The notes beneath the pieces are model-generated. The model did no database searches. It saw only the letters and a list, made by a program, of their open reading frames with translations, and was not told where the DNA came from. The translations under genes were made by a program, and so were the position numbers. DNA of 57,635 nt, taken from NCBI GenBank assembly GCA_039638295.1, contig JBDIWJ010000006.1, positions 1 to 57,635 on the forward strand, written 5' to 3'. Positions 19,060 through 29,157 of this stretch are shown here, in pieces (positions within the stretch are counted from its first letter, which is position 1; every line of letters begins with the position of its first letter). The stretch comes from Candidatus Phoenicimicrobium oleiphilum (GTDB taxonomy: Bacteria; Atribacterota; Phoenicimicrobiia; Phoenicimicrobiales; Phoenicimicrobiaceae).

Positions 19060-20619
19060 ATGACTAAAATAAAACGTGCTTTAATAAGCGTTTCTGATAA
19101 AGAAGGCATTGTTGATTTTGCCAAAGGATTGGAAGAGTTAGGTATTGAAATAATATCTACCGGTGGGACTGCTCGATTACTCCAGGAAGCAAAGGTTAAG
19201 GTAAAATTAATTTCTGAAGTAACCAATTTTCCGGAGATATTGGATGGAAGAGTAAAGACTCTCCATCCTTTGATTTTTGGAGGAATATTAGCCAGGAGCG
19301 ATAACCCTCTTCATCAAGAGCAATTAGCCACCCAACAGATAGAACCAATTAGTCTGGTAGTGGTAAATTTATATCCTTTTCAAAAAACAGTTTCTAAAGA
19401 AGGGGTAAAATTAGAAGAAGCTATCGAGAATATAGATATTGGCGGACCTTCTCTTTTGAGGGCTGCAGCCAAGAACTATCAAGATGTAGCTGTGGTAATA
19501 AATCCCCAAGATTATTCAGTAATTTTAGAAGAATTAAAGAAAAATAATAGGGAAATATCCTTGGATACCAAAAAGAAATTAGCAGTCAAAGTATTTGAAC
19601 ACACCTCCTTTTATGATGGAATAATTGCTCAATATCTAAGAAAAAATTTGACCAGAGACTTAATCTCTTCCCCCCGAACTTTAAATTTATTGGGCGAAAA
19701 AGTTTTAGACCTGCGCTATGGAGAAAACCCCCATCAATCTGCTTCTTTCTACAAAGAAATATTTGTAGAAGAGGCAAATTTGGGAGATGCAATACAATTA
19801 AGTGGCAAAGAATTATCTTTTAATAATTTAGTAGATTTAGGAGCAGTTCTGGAGATAGTAAAAGATTTTCAAGAACCTACAGTAGTTTTTGTAAAACACA
19901 CTAATCCTTGCGGTTTAGCCAGTGCATCGACCATAGAGGAGGCCTATCAAAAAGCTTACCAGGGTGACCCTCTTTCTTCCTATGGGAGTATTATTGGTTT
20001 AAATAGGAGGGTGGGGACAAAATTGGCTGATTTAATTAATGAAACACCTTTTGTGGAGGCAGTTCTGGCTCCTGATTTTGAAGATGAGGCTCTAAATATC
20101 TTAAGGCTGAAAAAGAATCGCCGATTAATAAAAGTGGGAGATTTAGAAAATAGAGATGCTCAGATAAAAGATATTAAAAAAATACCAGGTGGATTTCTGG
20201 TTCAAGATAAGGATATAAAGAAAATCTCAGTAGAAGATTTAAAGGTAATGACTAAAAGAAAGCCAAATAAAGATGAATTAGAAGAGCTCTTGTTTGCCTG
20301 GAAAGTGGTCAAACAAGTAAAATCTAATGCTATTGTTTTGACCAAAAATAAGCAGACGGTAGGAATTGGTGCTGGGCAGATGAGTCGAGTAGATGCAGTA
20401 AAAATTGCTGTTATAAAATCAGAAGGTCGTTCTAAGGGTTCATATCTTGCTTCTGATGCCTTCTTCCCTTTTAGAGATGGTGTAGATGAAGCAGCTAAAG
20501 CAGGGATAACTGCTATTATTCAACCCGGAGGTTCCAAGCGGGATAAAGAAGTTATAGAAGCCGCCAATGAACATAATCTGGCAATGGTCTTTACTGGAGT
20601 AAGATGTTTTAAACATTGA
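19060..20619 (+). CDS. purH: Bifunctional AICAR transformylase / IMP cyclohydrolase
   Basis: ALISVSDK, GRVKTLHP, IDIGGP, RYGENPHQ, KSNAI and SDAFFPF. Confidence 0.97.
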   Translation: MTKIKRALISVSDKEGIVDFAKGLEELGIEIISTGGTARLLQEAKVKVKLISEVTNFPEILDGRVKTLHPLIFGGILARSDNPLHQEQLATQQIEPISLVVVNLYPFQKTVSKEGVKLEEAIENIDIGGPSLLRAAAKNYQDVAVVINPQDYSVILEELKKNNREISLDTKKKLAVKVFEHTSFYDGIIAQYLRKNLTRDLISSPRTLNLLGEKVLDLRYGENPHQSASFYKEIFVEEANLGDAIQLSGKELSFNNLVDLGAVLEIVKDFQEPTVVFVKHTNPCGLASASTIEEAYQKAYQGDPLSSYGSIIGLNRRVGTKLADLINETPFVEAVLAPDFEDEALNILRLKKNRRLIKVGDLENRDAQIKDIKKIPGGFLVQDKDIKKISVEDLKVMTKRKPNKDELEELLFAWKVVKQVKSNAIVLTKNKQTVGIGAGQMSRVDAVKIAVIKSEGRSKGSYLASDAFFPFRDGVDEAAKAGITAIIQPGGSKRDKEVIEAANEHNLAMVFTGVRCFKH

Positions 20620-20654
20620 TTTGTAGCTAATTAATTGATCAATTGAATTCATTG

Positions 20655-20679
20655 GTAAGGGCAGACACAGCGTCTGCCT
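20655..20679 (+). repeat. REP-like hairpin after purH (may act as terminator)
   Basis: GTAA-GGGCAGAC-ACAGC-GTCTGCCT followed by TTTT. Confidence 0.5.
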
Positions 20680-20800
20680 TTTTATCGTATTTATGAATTT
20701 TTTGGGAAAAATGGTTTTTCAGAAGTATAGTCATACGCCACAATCTCCTATGATTCCTGAATTCTTTTTTCTTTGCGCAATACACAATACTAACTTGCCC

Positions 20801-20860
20801 TTGACATCTTTTATAAAATAGTATACTATTTTTATAGTAATAAATGTAACCGCTTACATT
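20801..20860 (+). promoter_or_regulatory. Promoter and LacI-family operator of the maltodextrin operon
   Basis: TTGACA (20801-20806), 17 bp, TACTAT; palindrome AATGTAACCGCTTACATT (20843-20860) with the central CG typical of LacI-family sites. Confidence 0.75.
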
Positions 20861-20896
20861 ATCCAAATTTTCTACATTGTCTTATCGAGGCAAAAA

Positions 20897-21919
20897 ATGA
20901 AAAAGACTATTGAACATATAGCTCAATTAGCTAATGTGTCTAAAGCTACTGTATCAAGAGTTATAAATAATAGCCCCAAAGTTACCTCGAAAACTCGAGA
21001 AAGAGTAATAAAAGCCATTAAAGAAACTGGTTATTATCCTAATGTAACAGCCAGAAGGCTTACTACCAATAAAGCCGAAACAATCGGTCTAATTATCCCT
21101 TCTCCTCAAGATAAAACCTTTGGCAATCCTTTTTACACTGAGATTCTCCGTGGGTTTACTCATCAAGCTAAAATCGAAGGGTACGATCTTTTATTATTCA
21201 TAAACGAACATCAATTCAACTACTCTCAGCTATTCCACGACCGACGTGTAGATGGCCTCTTGTTGGTAGGAGTAAACAGGGGTGATAAGGGAATAATTCA
21301 ATTAAGTGAGAACAAATTTCCTTATATACTTACAGGGAAAATAGATTATGAAAAAGCAAATTATGTCGATGCTGAAAACAGGAAGGGAGCTTACCAGGCA
21401 GTAACTTATTTGGTAAATTCGGGGCATAAAAGAATTGGCTATCTCGGTGGTTCATTTGATTTTGTTTTTAATCAAGAAAGATTCGAAGGTTACCTTCAGG
21501 CATTAAAAGAACATAATCTTGAGTATGGCAAAGAATTAACTATGGAAAGTATTAATACTGAGGAAAGTGGTTATGAAGCAATGCGTAAACTTTTAGAAGC
21601 CTCATCTATCCCCACCGCAGTCTTTGTGGCTAATGATTTAGATGCGATTGGGGCGATGAAGGCGATAAAGGAAAAGGGTTTAAAAATTCCGGAAGATATC
21701 GCCGTTATTGGTTTTGATGATATTCAGTTAGCTTCCTATACAGAACCAACTTTAACTACAGTTCGACAACCTATCTATGAAATGGGAACTACCGCTATAA
21801 GTCTATTAGTTCAATTAATAAAGGGGAAGAAGGAAGGGCCACTAAAGATAGAGTTACCTACTCAGTTGATAATAAGAGAATCCTCAGGGAAAGTGAAGAC
21901 AAAAAAGAAAAATATTTGA
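20897..21919 (+). CDS. LacI-family transcriptional regulator (MalR-like)
   Basis: TIEHIAQLANVSKATVSRVIN HTH plus periplasmic-binding-like effector domain (ANDLDAIG, VIGFDD, LTTVRQP). Confidence 0.93.
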   Translation: MKKTIEHIAQLANVSKATVSRVINNSPKVTSKTRERVIKAIKETGYYPNVTARRLTTNKAETIGLIIPSPQDKTFGNPFYTEILRGFTHQAKIEGYDLLLFINEHQFNYSQLFHDRRVDGLLLVGVNRGDKGIIQLSENKFPYILTGKIDYEKANYVDAENRKGAYQAVTYLVNSGHKRIGYLGGSFDFVFNQERFEGYLQALKEHNLEYGKELTMESINTEESGYEAMRKLLEASSIPTAVFVANDLDAIGAMKAIKEKGLKIPEDIAVIGFDDIQLASYTEPTLTTVRQPIYEMGTTAISLLVQLIKGKKEGPLKIELPTQLIIRESSGKVKTKKKNI

Positions 21920-21947
21920 AAAAAATCAAATACAGAGGAGGCAAAAA

Positions 21948-24089
21948 ATGTTAAGTTCTATTCTTAAATTTGTATTGTGTGGGATGATTATACTTATGGT
22001 AGGAATAGTTAGTATTGCCGCAGAGTTTACTTTTACTTATATTCCTCTTGAAGATGAGGAAGTAGTCTCAGTAAGTTTACGCGGTTCTTTTAATAGTTGG
22101 GGAGAGTGGCCTATGGAAAAACAGTCAGATGGCACCTGGAGTATCACTGTGGATTTAGAACCAGGAGAGTATCAGTATAAATTTTATATTAATGGAAAAT
22201 GGCCTCAAGATATGTCGACTGCCCGTGAGGGAGGGCCGGTAGACCCAAATGCTGTGGGATATATTAATGATGGCTTTGGTGGTCAGAATGCAATATGTAG
22301 AATTAAAGAAGAGGTCACAGAAGGAGTAGTTCTCGTGCATAATCCTGATGACCCGGCTTACTTATGCATTGCTGATGAACTTTTAGTAATAAGGTTAAAA
22401 ACCTCACCCCATAAGGTTGCAAAAGTATTTTTGGTTACCGATGAAGGCAAAATGCCTATGGAAAGACAATTACAATGGGAATACGGAGAAGTCTTTCGCC
22501 TTTCACTGGAATTTCCAGATTCCCTGAAATACCGTTTTGTAGGATATACTATTGAAGGCACCGAGTTTTCTCTTCCGGAAGACCCTTACCAGTCTTTCTT
22601 CTTTGATGGTATTGACCATTTTTCTCAACTTAAATGGGTAAGCCAGGGCATAATCTACCAAATTTTCCCCGACCGTTTTTATAATGGCAATCCTGCAAAT
22701 GACTCACTCGCTCTTGAAAATGATGAATTCCATTTTAACCAGCAGTGGAGTCAGAACAAGCTATGGGCCAAAGAAGGTCCTTCCTTGGCCAATTGGAATG
22801 ACCCCATTTCTACTCAACATTGTTGTCATCAATATTTTGGTGGGGACCTGGCTGGTATTATAGAGAAACTCGATTATTTAAAAGAGTTGGGAGTAACTGC
22901 TTTATATCTCAATCCTATCTTTGATTCAGGAAGTTCCCATGGATATGATACCCATGACTATCTGAAAGTGAGTCCCAAATTCGGCACTGAGGAAGATTTG
23001 CAACAACTTTTAGATGAAGTTCACAAGAGAGGTATGCGAATAATTCTGGATTTTGTTCCTAATCATACTGGCTTAGGTTTTTGGGCCTTTCAGGATGTGG
23101 TAAAAAAAGGAAAGGACAGCCCCTATTGGGATTGGTATTTTATTCATCAATGGCCCTTTACTCCAGGCGACTCCACTGCCTATGATGCTTGGTGGGGGGT
23201 AGGGAGTTTGCCCAAATTAAATACTGGTAACTCCCAAGTAAAAGAATATCTCTTTAAAGTAGTGCGCCATTGGTTAAACTTTGGTGCAGATGGCTGGCGA
23301 GTAGATGTACCCAATGAATTAGTCGAGGCACAGGCCTTCTTTAAGGAGATGCGACAGATTGTCAAAATGGAGAAACCAGATGCTTATCTGATTGCGGAGA
23401 TTTGGCAACTTGATTCATCCTGGGTGAAAGGTGATCAATTTGATTCTTTGATGAACTATGCCTTGGGTCGAGATATTTTACTTAATTTTGCCAAAGGGAG
23501 CATTAATGGAGAGAGTACTCTGGCCAATTTAAGTCGTTATTATGCCACTTACGGAGAAAATGTTACTGCTATGGGCTTTAACTTAGTGAGTTCTCATGAT
23601 ACAGGACGTATCCTGACTGACTTAGGAGGAGGAAATTTTGGAGACTCACCTGATCCTAAGGCAGTAGAGAGATTAAAACTGCTTTCTACTTTACTTTACA
23701 CTCTACCGGGAGCACCGGTGATCTTTCAAGGTGATGAGCGGGGTATATTAGGAGAAAAAGAATTCTATGATGCCCATCGTTATCCTATTCAATGGGATGT
23801 TGCAGATGAAGATCTTATATCTCATTATAAAAAACTGGCTCAACTACGCTACGAAATACCCGCGCTTACCAGTAGTGTAATTCGCGTTTATTATGGGACG
23901 GGTCATTTACTTTCCTTCTTTAGGGGAGAGCAAGGCAAGGGTGAAGCATTGATTGTGGCCAATAATGGTACCGAAACAGAAAAGTTTAAATTACCTTTGG
24001 GAAATTGGCGGTCATTGACGGAGAGAGAAATATTCCAGGGCACCATAGACATACCTTCGCTTCAGATTAAAATTTTCGAACGTTTATAG
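21948..24089 (+). CDS. Exported GH13 alpha-amylase / cyclomaltodextrinase-like enzyme with N-terminal CBM48-like domain
   Basis: Signal-peptide-like N-terminus; GSFNSW...YQYKFYING; YQIFPDRF, HGYD, DFVPNH, DGWRVDV, AEIW and SSHD. Confidence 0.88.
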   Translation: MLSSILKFVLCGMIILMVGIVSIAAEFTFTYIPLEDEEVVSVSLRGSFNSWGEWPMEKQSDGTWSITVDLEPGEYQYKFYINGKWPQDMSTAREGGPVDPNAVGYINDGFGGQNAICRIKEEVTEGVVLVHNPDDPAYLCIADELLVIRLKTSPHKVAKVFLVTDEGKMPMERQLQWEYGEVFRLSLEFPDSLKYRFVGYTIEGTEFSLPEDPYQSFFFDGIDHFSQLKWVSQGIIYQIFPDRFYNGNPANDSLALENDEFHFNQQWSQNKLWAKEGPSLANWNDPISTQHCCHQYFGGDLAGIIEKLDYLKELGVTALYLNPIFDSGSSHGYDTHDYLKVSPKFGTEEDLQQLLDEVHKRGMRIILDFVPNHTGLGFWAFQDVVKKGKDSPYWDWYFIHQWPFTPGDSTAYDAWWGVGSLPKLNTGNSQVKEYLFKVVRHWLNFGADGWRVDVPNELVEAQAFFKEMRQIVKMEKPDAYLIAEIWQLDSSWVKGDQFDSLMNYALGRDILLNFAKGSINGESTLANLSRYYATYGENVTAMGFNLVSSHDTGRILTDLGGGNFGDSPDPKAVERLKLLSTLLYTLPGAPVIFQGDERGILGEKEFYDAHRYPIQWDVADEDLISHYKKLAQLRYEIPALTSSVIRVYYGTGHLLSFFRGEQGKGEALIVANNGTETEKFKLPLGNWRSLTEREIFQGTIDIPSLQIKIFERL

Positions 24090-24144
24090 CTAATTTATAT
24101 TTAAATAAAATGATTATAACTCAAAAAGCAAACAAAATGGTAAG

Positions 24145-24169
24145 GTAGAGGCACGATGCGTCGTGCACC
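24145..24169 (+). repeat. GTAG-type REP-like hairpin
   Basis: GTAGAG-GCACGAT-GC-GTCGTGC. Confidence 0.6.
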
Positions 24170-24285
24170 AAGAAAAGTGGAGACTTTAAAAAAAGAATAA
24201 AGGGGGTGGTAAAAAGAGAATTTAGAGAGTAATTCAATCGGGTGTTTCACTAAAATTAATTTTATATTTTAAGGAGGAAAATAAA

Positions 24286-25494
24286 ATGAAAAAATTTTTA
24301 ACTGTTTTATTAGTGTTAGTAATGTTGATGGGCTTAGTTAATATGGCAAGTGCTAAAGTAAATCTAATTATGTGGACTAAAGAAGGAGAAGATGCCTTAG
24401 ATTGGAATAAGTCTTTGGTGGAAGAATTTATGAAAGCCAATCCAGAAGTTAATATCGAACTAGTTCACAAAATCAATGTAGAGGTTCTACGTGAAGATTT
24501 CTTAACTGCCAGCTTAGCTGGTGCCCCGCCAGATTTACTATGGACAGTCAACGACCACGCCGGACCCTTTGTCGCCGCTGATGTTATCGAGCCAGTTGAC
24601 AATCTCTTTGATCTGGGCATATTTGTAGAATCAGCCCTGGCTGCTGTAGAGCTGGAAGGCAAGTACTGGGGTGTGCCTATTTCTAATGGCAACCACTTAA
24701 TGCTTCTGTTTAATAAAAAACTAATCGCTGAAGCGCCCAAGGATACTGATGAGTTATTTGTCAAGGGCAAAGAATTAACTAAAGAAGGAAAATACGCATT
24801 AGTATGGAACCAGACAGAACCATTCTGGTTAGTACCCTGGTTGGGTGGCTTTAAAGGTAAGGTTTTTGCAGAAGATGGAGTTACCCCTACTCTCAATACT
24901 CCAGAGATGGTTGCTACCTTAAAATTCTTACATGAGATGAAGTTTGATGCCAAGATTATACCTCCAGAATGTGATTATGATGCTGCTGATACCCTTTTCA
25001 AGGAAGGGAAGGCGGCTATGATTATTAATGGTGACTGGTCATTAAGTGGTTATATTGCTGCCTTAGGTAATGATTTAGGAGTAGCTCGCATTCCTAAAGT
25101 TTCTGCTACCGGTGAGTGGCCTAAACCTTATACCAGCGGAGTATACTTTATGTTAACCAAGGGTATTTCCGGAGACAAACTGAAAGCCGCCCAAGATTTT
25201 ATCGCCTTTGTATCCTCTAAAGAAAAACAGTTAGAGATGGTCAAATTATTGAATCGTTTACCTGCTGTAAAAGCAGCTTTAGAAGATCCATTGATTGCTG
25301 AGGATCCTATCCTTAAGGGTTCTTCTGATCAGATGGTAGTTGGTACTCCGATGCCTACAGTGTTAGAGATGCGCTGTAATTGGGACTCTATGAAACCAGA
25401 AATGTTGGCAGTATTAGCTGACACCAAATCTCCCGAAGATGCAGCCAAAGATATGCAAACTAGCGCAGAATCCTGCATTAAAAGTTTAGAATAA
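24286..25494 (+). CDS. malE: Maltodextrin ABC transporter substrate-binding protein (MalE-like)
   Basis: Signal peptide; PPDL..VNDH, FKEGKAAMIINGDW and PMP; operon context. Confidence 0.8.
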   Translation: MKKFLTVLLVLVMLMGLVNMASAKVNLIMWTKEGEDALDWNKSLVEEFMKANPEVNIELVHKINVEVLREDFLTASLAGAPPDLLWTVNDHAGPFVAADVIEPVDNLFDLGIFVESALAAVELEGKYWGVPISNGNHLMLLFNKKLIAEAPKDTDELFVKGKELTKEGKYALVWNQTEPFWLVPWLGGFKGKVFAEDGVTPTLNTPEMVATLKFLHEMKFDAKIIPPECDYDAADTLFKEGKAAMIINGDWSLSGYIAALGNDLGVARIPKVSATGEWPKPYTSGVYFMLTKGISGDKLKAAQDFIAFVSSKEKQLEMVKLLNRLPAVKAALEDPLIAEDPILKGSSDQMVVGTPMPTVLEMRCNWDSMKPEMLAVLADTKSPEDAAKDMQTSAESCIKSLE

Positions 25495-25504
25495 ATTCAA
25501 GTGT

Positions 25505-25544
25505 AAAAAATAGACGAGGGGTATTTTCCCTTCGTCTATTTTTT
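25505..25544 (+). terminator. Stem-loop after the binding-protein gene (terminator or mRNA stabiliser)
   Basis: AAAAAATAGACGAGGG / CCTTCGTCTATTTTTT. Confidence 0.75.
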
Positions 25545-25580
25545 CAAGTAAAGTAATTAGAATAGAGCAGGAGAGGAAAA

Positions 25581-26600
25581 ATGGGATTTTTAACTGCTGA
25601 AGTTGTTATTAATACCTTAAGAGAGTTAGGGAGTATGGTGCTTTATATAATTTTAGGCACTATAATTCTTGAGATTTTAGTTTATGTGGTATTAGGTAAA
25701 ATTTTTAAGAGCAAATATACTTTACCTTATATGTTAATGATAGCAGCAATTTTTGGTATAACTATATTAATTATTTATCCCATTAGCTATGAAGTGAGAT
25801 TAGCTTTCACCAATATGAGTTTGCGACATTTTCGAAGTTATACTTTAAGCTGGACTCAGGGACTAAAAAATTTTGGATTAGTTTTTTCCGAACCAGTATT
25901 AAAACAGGTTAAGTTCTTCCCTTTGCTTTTTCGTACCCTCTTATGGACAGCTATCAATGTAGTTTTTCATGTAAGTGGAGGATTTGGATTAGCTATACTT
26001 CTCAATCGCCAAATGCGGGGACGAGGGCTTTACCGTACCTTATTGGTCTTCCCCTGGGCAATCCCTCAGATTATTGCTGTGTTAGCCTGGAAAGGTGAAT
26101 TTCATTATGAATATGGTTTTATCAATGTAATATTAACTAATGTGGGAATGCAGCCCATTCAGTGGATGGCCAGTCCCTTCTGGAATTTTGTGGCAGCCTG
26201 CATTACCAATATTTGGTTGGGTATACCTTTTATGATGATTATTATTCTGGGAGGATTACAGAGTATCCCTTTAGAGTTCTATGATGCTGCCGAGATTGAC
26301 GGTGCTTCCCGATGGCAACAGTTTCGGAATATTACTCTACCCTTGCTAAAACCTGTACTTACTCCAGCAGTTGTTTTGGGTATTATCTGGACTTTTAATA
26401 ATTTTAATGTTCCTTATATGATTAATGCTAATGAACTGGAAACTACCGATATTTTGGTCACTGCTTTATTTAGAGCAGCTTTTGAATATCATCGTTACGG
26501 TTTTTCTGCAGCTTTTGCTATGGTAATCTTTATCATCCTTTTTGTCATAGCTTCGATTTATATCCGAATAACCCAGGGATTAAAGGGGGTATATGAATGA
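25581..26600 (+). CDS. malF: Sugar ABC transporter permease (MalF-like)
   Basis: EAA-like loop YDAAEIDGASRWQQF and multiple TM helices. Confidence 0.85.
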   Translation: MGFLTAEVVINTLRELGSMVLYIILGTIILEILVYVVLGKIFKSKYTLPYMLMIAAIFGITILIIYPISYEVRLAFTNMSLRHFRSYTLSWTQGLKNFGLVFSEPVLKQVKFFPLLFRTLLWTAINVVFHVSGGFGLAILLNRQMRGRGLYRTLLVFPWAIPQIIAVLAWKGEFHYEYGFINVILTNVGMQPIQWMASPFWNFVAACITNIWLGIPFMMIIILGGLQSIPLEFYDAAEIDGASRWQQFRNITLPLLKPVLTPAVVLGIIWTFNNFNVPYMINANELETTDILVTALFRAAFEYHRYGFSAAFAMVIFIILFVIASIYIRITQGLKGVYE

Positions 26601-27487
26601 ATACAAAAAATAAAACTAAGCAAACCAATATTTCCCAGTTTTTTAAATCACCCAGCCGTGGAGATAGTCCTTTTAAGAGGTTAATCATTCACTTAATTTT
26701 GATAGTTGCATGTGTTATTGCAATCTATCCTGTATTGCGTATTATTAGTGTATCTCTTCGTCCTGGTGACCGTTTGCTTTCTACATCTTTAGCTATTATC
26801 CCGAAAGATGCTTCACTTTATAGTTATTACAGAATTATTTTTGAAAAACCTTTTTTGTTATGGCTTTGGAATAGCTTAGCCATTACTATAACTACAGCTT
26901 TTATTGGCCTTATTTTAGCTTCTACCTCAGCTTATGCCTTTTCCCGCTGGAATTTTCCTGGTCGGAAACCTGGTTTATTTTTCTTACTTACTACGCAAAT
27001 GATTCCAGCTGCTATGTTAGTTGTACCCATCTATATTCTGGCAGTGAAATTTCAACTTATTAATTCCTATAGAGGTTTGGCCCTTGCTTATTCGGTTAGT
27101 TCAGTCCCTTTTAGTATCTGGATATTAAAAGGGTATTATGACACTATCCCCCGAGAGTTAGAGGAGGCAGCCAAGATAGATGGTGCCTCTGAGATGGCGG
27201 CATTTTTTCGTATCATCTTACCCCTCTCTACTCCAGCTTTAGCTATTGTTTTTTTATTTAATTTTATGATGGCCTGGAATGATTGGTTAATGGCACGCAT
27301 TATGTTGCAAAGAGAGAATATGTTTACCTGGCCCTTAGGAATATGGACCTTTTCCGGTCAGTTTAGAGTAGAATGGGGCTCCTTTGCTGCTGCCTCTATT
27401 TTAGTGGCAGTTCCGGTTATGGTCCTCTTTCTTTATTCATCTAAATGGCTTATTTCTGGTTTGACTCTGGGTTCAGTGAAGGGATAA
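26597..27487 (+). CDS. malG: Sugar ABC transporter permease (MalG-like)
   Basis: IPRELEEAAKIDGA and C-terminal GLTLGSVKG. Confidence 0.87.
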   Translation: MNTKNKTKQTNISQFFKSPSRGDSPFKRLIIHLILIVACVIAIYPVLRIISVSLRPGDRLLSTSLAIIPKDASLYSYYRIIFEKPFLLWLWNSLAITITTAFIGLILASTSAYAFSRWNFPGRKPGLFFLLTTQMIPAAMLVVPIYILAVKFQLINSYRGLALAYSVSSVPFSIWILKGYYDTIPRELEEAAKIDGASEMAAFFRIILPLSTPALAIVFLFNFMMAWNDWLMARIMLQRENMFTWPLGIWTFSGQFRVEWGSFAAASILVAVPVMVLFLYSSKWLISGLTLGSVKG

Positions 27488-27518
27488 TATTTTTATTTAT
27501 ATAAGGAGAAAAAAATAA

Positions 27519-29129
27519 ATGAAAGACCAGTTACCCAAAGTTGCCTATTTTTGCATGGAGTACGGATTAGATAACAGCTTTAAGATATATTCAGGAGGGT
27601 TAGGGATTTTAGCAGGAGATTATTTAAAAGGGGCAAAAGATAATAATTTACCGGTAGTGGGGATAGGAATAAAGTGGAAACAGGGATATGTTGAACAGCG
27701 AATAGATGAAGAAGGAAATATATACGACTGTTTCCGGGATTATAATTATAATTTTTTAAAGGATACAGGAATAAAAGTAAAAGTAAAAATTAGACAAAAT
27801 GATATCTATTGCAAGGTCTGGAAAGTTGACTGTTTCGGAAATGCGGATTTATATCTATTAGATACTGATATAGAAGAAAATAGTGATCGCTGGATTACTG
27901 GAAGATTATATGGTGGCGGTCCAGAAGAGAGAATAGCCCAGGAAATGGTATTGGGTATAGGTGGCGTTAGAGCTTTAAGAGCTCTTAATATTCCAGCAGA
28001 CATCTATCATTTTAATGAAGGGCATGCAGTTTTGGCAGGATTAGAACTGATAAATGAAAAGATGAAAGCAGGTAAGTCATTTGAAAAAGCCTGGGAATCA
28101 ACCCGTAAAGAAGTAGTTTTTACTACCCATACTCCTATTAAGGCAGGAAATGAAAGTTATAGTATAGAGTCGCTTATCTATATGGGAGCAAATTTAGGTT
28201 TTTCAATAGAACAGATGAGTCGTATTGGTGAGGTTCCCTTTAATATGACTGTAGCAGCACTAAGATTATCTAAAATATCAAATGCGGTATCTAAATTACA
28301 TATGGAGACAGCAAACAAAATGTGGGCAGAAATAGAAAATAGAGCTGAGATAATTGGGATAACCAATGCTATTCATAAAGGAACATGGGTTGATGAGAGA
28401 ATGAGAAAGAAGTTTTTAAATTTAGGGGAAATGTGGAATAATCATCAGGCACTAAAAAAAGAATTAATCGATTTTGTGGAGAAAAGATGTGGAGTTAGAT
28501 TGAACCTTAATGCATTATTAATTGGATTTTCCAGAAGGGCTGCTTCTTACAAAAGAAGTGATTTGATATTTAAAGACGAAAAGCGAATAGAAAAATATTT
28601 AAGAGAAAGGAAAATCCAAATTATTTTTTCGGGTAAGGCCCACCCATTAGACACAATGGGCAAAGAAATCGTGTTAAACTTGGTTGAAATGTCCAGGAAA
28701 TATTCTAATAGCGTAGTTTTTATTGAAAATTATGATATGGAGATTGGACGAATGCTTACCAGGGGCTGTGATGTTTGGCTGAATAACCCTAGAAGGCCGA
28801 ATGAGGCAAGTGGGACCTCTGGCATGAAAGCAGCGATGAATGGCGTGCTAAATTGTTCGATTTTAGACGGATGGTGGGCAGAAGCCTGTAAAGATGGTAT
28901 TAATGGTTGGGCGATTGGGGATGAAAATGTACCCCAAACAGTTGAAGAACAAGATGAAAGAGATGCAAAGGCTCTTTATGATACCTTACTAAAAAAGGTT
29001 ATCCCTACCTATTATGACCATCATCGAAAATGGCTGGAAATGATGAAAGAAAGTATAAAATCGACTGAAAGATTTTTTTCCATAGACAGAATGATAAACG
29101 ATTATTATGAGTTATTGTATAAAAAATAA
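27519..29129 (+). CDS. glgP: Alpha-glucan phosphorylase (short form)
   Basis: YSGGLGILAGD, HFNEGH, FTTHTP and the PLP motif EASGTSGMKA. Confidence 0.93.
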   Translation: MKDQLPKVAYFCMEYGLDNSFKIYSGGLGILAGDYLKGAKDNNLPVVGIGIKWKQGYVEQRIDEEGNIYDCFRDYNYNFLKDTGIKVKVKIRQNDIYCKVWKVDCFGNADLYLLDTDIEENSDRWITGRLYGGGPEERIAQEMVLGIGGVRALRALNIPADIYHFNEGHAVLAGLELINEKMKAGKSFEKAWESTRKEVVFTTHTPIKAGNESYSIESLIYMGANLGFSIEQMSRIGEVPFNMTVAALRLSKISNAVSKLHMETANKMWAEIENRAEIIGITNAIHKGTWVDERMRKKFLNLGEMWNNHQALKKELIDFVEKRCGVRLNLNALLIGFSRRAASYKRSDLIFKDEKRIEKYLRERKIQIIFSGKAHPLDTMGKEIVLNLVEMSRKYSNSVVFIENYDMEIGRMLTRGCDVWLNNPRRPNEASGTSGMKAAMNGVLNCSILDGWWAEACKDGINGWAIGDENVPQTVEEQDERDAKALYDTLLKKVIPTYYDHHRKWLEMMKESIKSTERFFSIDRMINDYYELLYKK

Positions 29130-29157
29130 GAAATTTCCTAGTGATTAGAAAAAGACG

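Noticed and set aside
20639-20866. 75-aa minus-strand ORF
   Set aside because: It overlaps the promoter, LacI operator and a REP hairpin, with no coding signature.
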